The notes beneath the pieces were generated by a model. That model made no database searches. It worked only from the letters and a program-made list of their open reading frames with translations, and was not told where the DNA came from. The position numbers and the translations under genes are program-made. A DNA stretch of 64,000 nt. Origin: Caecitellus pseudoparvulus (Eukaryota > Protista > Bigyra: Bicosoecida). The DNA lies in NCBI GenBank assembly GCA_965644315.1, contig CBFFRQ010000056.1, forward strand, positions 62,001 through 126,000. Reading direction: 5' to 3'. This document shows, piece by piece, positions 31,475 through 40,369 of the stretch. Numbering within the stretch: position 1 is the stretch's first letter; each line of letters opens with the position of its first letter.

Positions 31475-31834
31475 GGCAAGCAATTTCCGGCTTTTCAACA
31501 AGCGCCCAGCGCTCCCTTGAGTATCCTTGCTGTTGCACGACAATACTGACCGAAGGAACGCGGCGTCATGTTGGGTGATCACGGCCGTCGGGTTTTGATT
31601 TTCCTTGGCCCCTGCCGCTGCAGAGGCCGTAGTCCCACGCGTCCAACCCTCCACAATCCACAAAACCACAGAAAATCTGTGCACTTCGTGCTGAACATCC
31701 CTAGCATTGGACTTTGCAAGGTCACCAAGCCTTTGGTCAGTCCGATCGCCAGCCTTGCGCTCAAGCCACTGGCGCACCTGCTGCGTTTCCAACGCAAACG
31801 AGCTGTCTCCGCGGATTCCCGAGAGTGCGCGACG

Positions 31835-34800
31835 ATGAACCCCTTCCTCGAGCCCACCAAGCAATTCGAAGCAGCAATATCGCGCATCGTCGCTCTGTTC
31901 TCCTCAGATCCCAGCAGTGGCGGGAGTGAGGAGTCCGTGCGCAGTGTCGCGAGCCGTGCGGAAAACGCGCTGCAAGAGCTGGACACGTCCCATGCAAGCT
32001 TCACCGTGCATGTGCTCAACCAAGCCTGGGACTTGATTCATTCGAAACGACTCAGTCACGGACTCCCACCCACTGGCCACCGGGCGCTTGCGCTCCAAGC
32101 CTTGGCTGCAGCAGCTCTACACGCTCTGCGCCTCGCTTCTGGCACCGAGACAACGGGCAAAGCGCAGCTGCTTGCGCTTGACATGTGGGCACAGTGTCAT
32201 AGGGCCTGGCATGAAGCTTCTGATTCGCTGCAAGCTCTAGCAGCAGGCGGGCAGATGGTGCAAGTCCTCCAAGACATGGGCGGGGCCGGTGGCCTTGCCC
32301 GAAACGGGCAAGCAGGGCAATCCGCCCTCATCGCAGTGTGCCAGGTGCTCACACACAGCTTGGTCGCATTCGCACAGCTCCTCAGTGCTGGTGTGGTCTC
32401 CATGCCTGTGCCTTTTCTTGAGGACATGGCGAGAGCTGGCCTTGAGTGCTCAAAAATGGTGCCGCAAGCGGAGTACGGACTTGCCTGTGCCACACACGCG
32501 TGCGGTGTTGCAGCAGCGGCAATCGCCGCAAAGGTGGAACATGAAGATACACACCTTATCGCCGCACTGCAATGGTTGCAGCTTGCAGCCTCTATCCTGC
32601 AGCAAGGAGGCGACGAGGCCGATGCCAAGGTGGAAGCCTTGTCCAGCCGGGTCCACTTGGCCCTCTCAGACATTCTCCTGCGACAAGGCAAGCACGACGA
32701 GGCTTCTGCATCACTCAGCATGGTCGCTGGTGAGTTGGGTGCGACGCCCGTTGCGTCACTTCTCCGCTTGCAAGTGGCAGCAGCAGCCGGAGTTGAGGCA
32801 GCCGAGCGAGAGTGGGGGCACCTACTTTCCATCAAAGACTGCCCTTTAGAGCTGGTCCTGGAAGGTGCCGCCTGTATGTACACGGCTTGCATTACCCACG
32901 ATTCCCACGCAAAAGCGGCTCGCGTGTATCACTCCTTGCTTTCCAAACACCCGCTCTCAAGTGAGTCCAAAATGCGACAGCCAGTACCTTGTGATTCGAG
33001 GCACACTCACTTCGCTGACGATACAGAGCAAGAAAGGGCGCTTGTCTACCATCAGCTCATGGAGCGACTCGTGGAGCATGGCCAAGAAACCGAGGCTGAA
33101 GCTACTCTGAGCTCAATGGTGGACGAGCATTGCTCCTCTCGTTGTGAACTGTTCGGAGATGTGCTGCGAAACGTCCAAGCACGCCTTTGGTATGTGCTGC
33201 CTGCAGCAGCACTAGTTAAGCAGACGCGTTCAGCCCACCCCCCACCTCATCCACACAGGGGAGTCGTGCAGAATCACATGCGAGAGTCAGAAGCATCTCC
33301 GAAGGCGCAGGCTGCGGCATCCAGACTGCTGGAGCTGTACGACGAAGGGTCTGCCGAGGCTACGTCCGTCTTGAAAGTACTGGCGTACCTGTTCCTCCGC
33401 CAAGGGATGCCTGTGGAAGCCGCCGCCCACGCAAGCCTTGCCCTGAAGTCCTCCACAGGCGAACAGGATGCAGCTCTTCATGTGCTCAGCTTCAGCGCAG
33501 CTTGTCGCATGGAAGGGGCACCGACTGAAGAGCTCGCACAGCGACTGGACTTCATCAACTCTCTCCCTCACACCTCCCAAGTTGAGTCGCTGCAGCAGTG
33601 CGTCGCAGAGGCCGCCGCAGCCAAGCGGCAGGATGCCGTGCTGCTCGCCATCGACGCTGCCCTTTCTCATCGTGTCAGCGCCAGTGACAAAGCTACAGAA
33701 CACCTGGGACTCGGCAAGCTCACCCAAACGGCTTTGAGCCTCCTCCTGGATGCTGCGACTGACGCCCCCCGCGACGGCAATGTTCGTTCTGGAGTGCAAA
33801 GTCCCGTGCATTGGCTTCAGCGTGCCGCAGATTGCGTGCAACGCGTCAAGGCGACAGCCGCTCGCACTGGGGCGACAACAGCAGAGATGCATGAAGACCT
33901 TGCACGTCAATTCGGTCCGCCAGCTGTGGGGGCGTGGCATTGCAAGATCGCGTGGAATTGCATGGCAGCTGCGGCCGCAGACCGGCAGGCGCAAGCGGCC
34001 TCTGCCATGGCATTGGCGCGCCTTCTAGATGCCATGCAGCTTGAGCCTGGGTGCTCAAGTGCAACAGCAGTAAAGGCATATGCTCTTTGGATCGCAGGGG
34101 CTGCGCAACATCCTGACCTGCGGGCAGAGGCGCAGCTCGCCACCATTCGTGAGGCACAGCGCCAAGTCGAGGTGTGGATTCGCACAGCCCAAGAACAAGC
34201 CACCGAAGAGGGTGGGCAGAAGGAGCACCCCTGTATCACATGGCTTGACAGGTGCAGCGCTCACCTCCAGCAGCACACAAGTCCCGTGCAGCTAAAGGAG
34301 ACGTTGCGACTGCTCGAGTTTGAGATCCTGTGCCACACTCCTGCTGCAAGCGAGCCGGGCTCCCTGCAGGCATTCGTACAGGCCTCAGCGGATGCAGGGG
34401 CACCCTCCAGCACCTTGGTATCCATGGGACAGGTCGCACAGGCGGAAGGGCGGCAAGATGCTGCTGCTACCGCCTTTCACCGGGCACTCCAGGCAGGCGC
34501 CCGGGAGACCGACGTGGACCCTGATGTCCGAGGGGGCATGTTCATCGGCATCGTCACTGCGCACGCCTCTGATCCCCAGACACAGCTGAAATGGCTGCTG
34601 CAAGCGGCCCAGCTTGCAGATGGTGGACTGCCAGATGAAGCCATCGCCCAGCTTGCCCGTGCCGCGTGGATGGCGGGGAGGCAGGCATTCCACCTGAACC
34701 AATGGAAGGAGGCAAGGCCGCTCCTGGATATTGCATTGAAGCTAGCTCGGCGGGGTACCTTCATCTCAGAGAGCGAAATCGCGGCCTTGCAGCATCAGTA

Positions 34801-35464
34801 TGAAGCGTTCGTCCGAGTGCTGGAGGGGATGCCTGCGGCGGAGCGGGCAGCGGCAACTACCAGGTACCTGGACATCGAGAGCTTCACGCCAGCCACCAGC
34901 ACACTCACTCATCAGTCACTGCAAGTGCACCCTCGCCGTGCTGAGGCCGCGCGTCGCGGCCTTCGCAGAATGGGCATCGAGGTGACCGCAAGCAGCATCA
35001 GCGCAAGTCCTGCGACGGAGCCCCCAGCGCCGCAGCTCCAGCCGGCCATTCGCAAGCGCCGACGCAGTGTCCCTATGAAGCAAGCAGGCAGTCCTGTCAT
35101 GTCGCCCCCGACGCCCGCGCAGCCTGCACGGGTCGACACTGCTGTGCGAGTGGAAAGCGCGACGCTGGGCTCGGAGGCCAGCCCGGTTGTGTCACCGACA
35201 CCAAAACGCCAGGCAACAGAGCCAAGTCCCCAGCCTGCAATGGTAGCTTTGTCAGCACCTGAAGTCGGGGCGGGTGCCCTCCCTCTCAGGGACCATGCAG
35301 GGTTCAAGCAAGCTGGAGAGAAGTCAGAGCTGACAACGCCCCCAGCCACCGTGAAGCCGGCTCAAGGGCAGCAACCCGAAAGCTCGGGGAAGGGACGTGC
35401 CACAGATGTTGCTTCTGAAGCTGATTCATTGGACATGCCGCCCAGTGCGCTGGTTCCCAAGTGA
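31835..35464 (+). CDS. TPR-like protein, SPO22/ZIP4/TEX11-like
   Basis: All-helical 1200-aa ORF with ALQWLQLA, WHCKIAWNC and AAWMAGRQAF...ARPLLDIALKLA, resembling ZIP4 motifs. It probably contains stopless introns. Confidence 0.65.
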   Translation: MNPFLEPTKQFEAAISRIVALFSSDPSSGGSEESVRSVASRAENALQELDTSHASFTVHVLNQAWDLIHSKRLSHGLPPTGHRALALQALAAAALHALRLASGTETTGKAQLLALDMWAQCHRAWHEASDSLQALAAGGQMVQVLQDMGGAGGLARNGQAGQSALIAVCQVLTHSLVAFAQLLSAGVVSMPVPFLEDMARAGLECSKMVPQAEYGLACATHACGVAAAAIAAKVEHEDTHLIAALQWLQLAASILQQGGDEADAKVEALSSRVHLALSDILLRQGKHDEASASLSMVAGELGATPVASLLRLQVAAAAGVEAAEREWGHLLSIKDCPLELVLEGAACMYTACITHDSHAKAARVYHSLLSKHPLSSESKMRQPVPCDSRHTHFADDTEQERALVYHQLMERLVEHGQETEAEATLSSMVDEHCSSRCELFGDVLRNVQARLWYVLPAAALVKQTRSAHPPPHPHRGVVQNHMRESEASPKAQAAASRLLELYDEGSAEATSVLKVLAYLFLRQGMPVEAAAHASLALKSSTGEQDAALHVLSFSAACRMEGAPTEELAQRLDFINSLPHTSQVESLQQCVAEAAAAKRQDAVLLAIDAALSHRVSASDKATEHLGLGKLTQTALSLLLDAATDAPRDGNVRSGVQSPVHWLQRAADCVQRVKATAARTGATTAEMHEDLARQFGPPAVGAWHCKIAWNCMAAAAADRQAQAASAMALARLLDAMQLEPGCSSATAVKAYALWIAGAAQHPDLRAEAQLATIREAQRQVEVWIRTAQEQATEEGGQKEHPCITWLDRCSAHLQQHTSPVQLKETLRLLEFEILCHTPAASEPGSLQAFVQASADAGAPSSTLVSMGQVAQAEGRQDAAATAFHRALQAGARETDVDPDVRGGMFIGIVTAHASDPQTQLKWLLQAAQLADGGLPDEAIAQLARAAWMAGRQAFHLNQWKEARPLLDIALKLARRGTFISESEIAALQHQYEAFVRVLEGMPAAERAAATTRYLDIESFTPATSTLTHQSLQVHPRRAEAARRGLRRMGIEVTASSISASPATEPPAPQLQPAIRKRRRSVPMKQAGSPVMSPPTPAQPARVDTAVRVESATLGSEASPVVSPTPKRQATEPSPQPAMVALSAPEVGAGALPLRDHAGFKQAGEKSELTTPPATVKPAQGQQPESSGKGRATDVASEADSLDMPPSALVPK

Positions 35465-35668
35465 CAGTCATGACATGCAGGCACTTGCAACAGGTGTCAC
35501 CGCCGGCGGGGTCCCATGCCAAACCTGCCTGGCTCCTCAGAAACACAGAATCGAATGGGTGGCAAAATCCGGAAGTTGGGTGAATCAAGAGGGGCAAATG
35601 CACCACGGGCATTGTGCTGGTCTGCATCGCAGCCCCCCAATTGAGGTCCAGCTGCCCAACCCATCGCC

Positions 35669-37007
35669 ATGGCAGCTGAAGAATCGACACCAAAATCCGC
35701 AGGGGTGAGCCCGGCACAGATGCGCGAGTCGCGCTGCACAGCGCACGAGCTGCGCCCTGTCCACCTCTGCAGCACAAGGCCTACGATCCTACGAGTGATG
35801 GGCTGCCTGCGGACTTTGTGTTGACCAAATTCACAAAGGTGTGGGGCGTGGCGCACAGGCGTAGCAGCTGCTTCTGGCGTTTGATGAATTGACACCCGCC
35901 CCGCTGCAGCTGAAAGGATGAGGGTGCAAGGTCCCTCAGGACAAACTGTTAGGATATCTCAAGTCGATCGGAAACGAAATCAAGGTGGGTGCCTTGTCAC
36001 CAGCGGGCACACGCTTCGCGCAGCACACCACACCTGCCTGCCCTCACGCCCAGCCAAACCAAACCCCCGGCATGGACTGCAGCGTCGTGGAGTCCTCCAT
36101 ACCGGGCATCTTCCTCTGTTCAACCACGGACTTCTTCTACCCGCTGGTTGAGGACCCATACCTGCAAGGGCGCATCGGCGCCTGCAACGTCTTGTCGGAC
36201 TTGTACGCCATGGGCGTCGCAGACATTGACACCGTGCTCATGATCCTTGCCTCCTCCCTGGACATGACGGCTTCTGAGCGCGACATCGTCACGACGCGCA
36301 TCATCCAGGGCTTCAATGATACGTGCGCAGAAGCCGGCACAAATGTGACGGGGGGCCAAACTGTTCTCAACCCGTGGCCCATCATCGGCGGCACAGCGAG
36401 TTCCTTGCGGAAGGAGGACCAAATCATTCGCCCCCAGGGTGCAGTGCCAGGGGACGTGCTGGTGTTGACCAAGCCGCTGGGAACGCAGGTCGCAGTCAAC
36501 TTGCAGGAGTGGAGCAGGCTGCCTGAGAAATGGGCGCGGGTGGAGGCGGTGGTGACCCCAGCGCAAGCTGCGGCAGCGTTTGCCAAGGCGTGCGAGAGCA
36601 TGGCTCGCCTGAACAAGGCCGCAGCCACCCTCATGCACACGCATGGCGCCCACGCTGCGACGGACGTGACGGGATTTGGCATCCTGGGGCACGCCACGAA
36701 CCTGGCGGAGGCCCAGCGGGCTCGGGTGAAGCTGCAGCTGCACACGCTGCCCATCATCCAAGGCATGGCAGCAGTGGACGCAGCCCTGAGAGGTGGGGAC
36801 TACTTCAAGCTGTGCAAGGGCTTCAGTGCAGAGACCAGCGGCGGGCTGCTCATGGCAGTGCCGGCGAGTGCTGCCGAGGCGTTGGTGGCAGACCTGCGGG
36901 CGGCTGACGGGCAGCCGGCGTGGATCGTGGGGGCGGTGGAGGCCCTTTCTGAGGAGGAGGCGCCACATGCCTATCTTTCAGAGGACGTTCGCGTCTTGGA
37001 AGTGTAG
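35669..37007 (+). CDS. SEPHS2: Selenophosphate synthetase (SPS2 type, selenoprotein), 4 exons (35669-35704, 35773-35838, 35910-35984, 36054-37007)
   Basis: The spliced frame reads LTKFTK|LKG-TGA-GCKVPQ. Also TTDFFYPLVEDPYLQGRIGACNVLSDLYAMG, GGQTVLNPW, ATDVTGFGILGH, AETSGGLL. Confidence 0.96.
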
Positions 37008-37179
37008 GCAGAGGTGAGATGGATTGGCCGGGGCGGGCTGGCTACCCGCTCTGGCCCGAGTGACTTGAGATTTTCGGCAGTGCCTGACTGAGGGGCCGGC
37101 ACGGCAGTGCCTCGCGACCATCGCAAGTGGACGATGGATGGTGGTTGAGGCTTGAGACGCCCTTGGAGCGTCGTGGAAG

Positions 37180-37242
37180 TGGAGATAACGATTGTCCTGG
37201 CCGCCAGCACGAACCGTGCAGGCCAGAGCATGACCCCCTCCA
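37180..37242 (+). promoter_or_regulatory. Candidate type II SECIS element (non-canonical)
   Basis: Helix I TGGAG/CTCCA, core CGAT/TGAC (tandem G.A pairs), helix II TGTCCTGGCC/GGCCAGAGCA, bulge GCCA, mini-stem GCACG-AAC-CGTGC. It lies in the 3' UTR of a TGA-containing gene. Confidence 0.75.
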
Positions 37243-37458
37243 ACACACCTTCCTCGAATGCAACAAACGGCGCACCCAGATGCTTGAGACAATTTCAAGA
37301 CCACCCTCCTCACCTCCGGCGGTCGACACAGCTCCGAACAGCGCCCGCTTGTTGTGCTGGCCTCAGACAGCAGGTTGCGGAATTCGCACCTCCACGATCT
37401 CGCATCGGCGAAGAACCCCCCACTGCCCACCCGCCATCTCAGCACCGGCCGGAAAGCC

Positions 37459-39178
37459 ATGAGTGTTGCGAGCGAGCGTAGTCGGGGCTCGAAGCGCTCA
37501 GTTGGGCGGTATAGAACTGTCGCACGGGGGTCCCGAGTGGATTCCACGCTGTTTGGCGAGGTGAGCTTGCCCGCCGCGTGCAACTGAGCTGCCACCGCTT
37601 CCCACACGCGCCCCATACCCGCCCGTGCCCTCACAGAAGAATGCCGCTGCGAAGGAAGACCTCGCTTACAGACGCGCGCTGCTGCAGCGCACAGGGGGGC
37701 GTGCCATGGGCACAGGGTCAGCGCGGGGAGCCGCTGCGACAGGCGGCCGGCCTGGCGCAGGAGCGGCACAAGCTGCCGCAGCGCCAGTCGTCATCACCAG
37801 CGGGCAGCTGCAAACCATGCGTCGCCGTGCTGTGATTCACAGCGAAGAGGACACGCTGCGGCAGAAGCGCGCTGCCATGGACGCCAAGCGGTCCCGCGCT
37901 GCCGCTGCCGAGGCACGCAAGGAACGTATGCTGGCGCTGGAGGAGAAGCGGCGAGCCGCCATGCCCCTCACCAAGCTGCAGAAGGAGGAGCTGCAGTACC
38001 GCGACAGGGTCCGCGCCAACGCCCAGCAGCTGCAGGACGACGAACTGGACGAGGTGAAGCTTATGGCCTCCCATGCCGAGTACGCCAAGACTGCCATGAT
38101 CCGGGAGCGGCAACTGAAGGAGAAGGCGGAGCGGGCGGCCCTGGCCAAGCTGGCAGACCGCATCCAGGACCTGCAGAGCGAAGTGCACCGACTGGAGAGC
38201 CTGAAGGCGACGTACGACCGGGAGCAGGCCAGCATTCGGGGGCAGCGCAAGGCACGGGAGGTGATCCAGGAGCAGATGGCGGAACGGGAGGCGGCTCGCA
38301 AGGCCAAGCGGGCAGCTCGGGCGAAGGAGGAGCAGGAAATGGCTGCCTTGGTGGCATCCCAAGAGGCTGAGACGAAGGCCCTGCAGCAGGCCCGCATGGC
38401 CTCCAAGCGGGCGCTGAGGGAGGAGGTGCTGGCCGCCAATGAGGCTGCCGTGGCGGCGAAGAAGGCAGCCAAGGCGGCAGAGATCGAGCAAGACAAGGCC
38501 CTGTTCGAGTACCAGCGCGCCAAGGCGCTGGAGGAGGAGGAGGCAGAGGCTGCTGCGGAGCAGGCCAAGGCCCTGCGCGAGTTTAAGTTCGCCAAGATGC
38601 GCGCCGAGCAGAAGAAAGTGTCAGACAACCGGGGTGCTCTGGATGAGCTGCGTGCCAAGCGTGCTTTCGAAGCGGCTGAGCGCGCCCGGCGGGAGAAGGA
38701 GCAGGCTGAGGCGGAGCGCAAGGCGGCCGCCCTGGCCGAAATCAAGGCGGACTGCGAGCGGCAGCTGGCAGCCAAGCAGATGCGCCTGGCCATGGAGGTG
38801 CAGCGGGAGAAGGAGGAGTTCGAGGCCAACCAGCGCGTGCAGCGTGAGTATGTGGAGAAAGAGGAGGCGCAGTTGGCATCCCGGGCAGCCGCCAATGCCC
38901 GGCACCGGGAGCAGTTGGCGGGTATGGTGGAGTCCAAGCGTGCAGAGCGCAAGGCAGCCCGTGAACGGGAAGCAGCGGAGGGCAAGGACTTCATTCAGGC
39001 GCGGGATGCGCGGCTGAAGCGTGTGGCTGCCATCCGGGACGCCAAGGTCGCTGAGCTGCAGCAAATGGGCGTTGACTCCAAGTACACCTCCCAGCTCAAG
39101 CGTGTGGACCCCATGGCTGCCTTCTTGAAGGACTACAAAATGGGTCCTCAGCGGGGCACCAAGCTGCGTGGCTCATGA
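37459..39178 (+). CDS. CFAP45: Cilia- and flagella-associated protein 45, intron 37561-37636
   Basis: Exon 1 RYRTVARGSRVDSTLFG. DDELDEVKLM...YAKTAMIRERQLKEK, DELRAKRAFEAAER and a long trichohyalin-like coiled coil. Confidence 0.88.
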
Positions 39179-39207
39179 GGGCCGATGCCTGTGGCGTGCT
39201 CGCCGGC

Positions 39208-40207
39208 TCACGCGGGCGCGAGCGCCGGCATGCCAGCCTCAGCTGCAGCATGCACTGCTGCGGCCCCTGGCGTATCCCGGCGCACTTTCAGGATGAAGAG
39301 CACTTCATTGAAGGCGCGGCGCTTGGCCACCTGCACGGTGCAGAAGCCCAGCTTGGCCAGCTGCCTGGCGATGTCGGCGGGGTCGTTCTCCAGCACAGCC
39401 ACCATGTACATGGCGCCTGTCGGTGACAACAGTGAATGCAGCGTCGGAAGCACTTGGTCAATGACGACACGCCCTCTCTCTCCCCCCGCCCAGGCGGCCT
39501 CCACGCCTTGGCTGCCAACCTCCTCGTCAGGTGTGGGCACGTACGGCGGGTTGAACACCACCATGTCCACGCCCCCCTGTAGCGAGGGCCGAAGGCAGGA
39601 CCACTTGTCTCCATTCACGACATCCACACAGCGCGCGTTCGCGGCGGCAGTGCCCACTGTCGCGGCCGCTGCCGCGCCGTTCAGATCAATGGCCAGCACA
39701 GGCAGGCCGCTGAACTGCTCGCCTGCAGCGGCTGGGGCCGCGCCGCTGGGCAGGGTGACAGGGAAAGCAGCAGAGGAGCTACTTTGCTGTGGCAGTGAGG
39801 CGGGGCCGTCTGCAAACGCTTGCTCCAAAAGGCCTGACAGGAAAGTGGACACCACTCCAGAACCCGGCCTGCACAGGAATCAGCGCAACCCCTTCACGCA
39901 CAGTGTTGCGCAGTCGTGTGTGCCACCCACTCACCCTAACTCAACGCAACAGCATGGCTTCCATGCCTTCAACAACGCGAGTTCTCCTTGCAGAGCATCC
40001 AGCAACAGGTACGTGTCGTCGGCTGGCTCATAAAGCTCCTCAAAGTCCTGCGGAAATAGGTTCCCACAGCCGCAAACGAACGAATGTGCAAGCAAACCTT
40101 CCCTTGAGCATGAGCGAGTTGGGCACTCTAGATGTGTCGCTCACCTTGAATGTGAGGTGGTCCAGGCTCGGCACCTTCGCCTTCGCCGCGCTGGTTGATG
40201 CTGCCAT
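39208..40207 (-). CDS. N6AMT1: HemK2/Mtq2 eRF1 glutamine methyltransferase, 3 exons
   Basis: LYEPADDTYLLLDAL, ELG|AGSGVVS, VFNPPYVPT, AWAGGERGRVVID. Confidence 0.93.
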
Positions 40208-40369
40208 GCTTGCGCAGACTGGCCCCACAAGCCGTGGCCCACACCAACGTGCGGCCCGAAATCTGCAAGCAAGGGGAAAGCCTACGCTCGAGGGAGGCCC
40301 AGTTGGGCAGGTTGTGTGTAGTACAACATACATTTGATGCCCCGTGGCCAGTGCTGGACACCCCGTGCC

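Noticed and set aside
35919-35921. SPS gene as a pseudogene with a premature stop
   Set aside because: The TGA falls exactly on the conserved Sec/Cys codon, all other motifs and splice sites are intact, and a SECIS-like hairpin follows.
37026-37056. 12-bp hairpin just after the SPS stop as the SECIS
   Set aside because: The flanking GA dinucleotides are out of register for the tandem G.A core, there is no proper helix I and there is no apical AA/CC. The element at 37180-37242 fits much better.
36978-37769. Minus-strand 263-aa ORF between SPS and CFAP45
   Set aside because: It is antisense to CFAP45 exon 1 and the SPS 3' UTR and has no recognisable protein features.
40050-40057. GCGGAAAT as a promoter motif copy
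   Set aside because: On the minus strand it is the pyrimidine tract of an N6AMT1 intron acceptor (ATTTCCGCAG).
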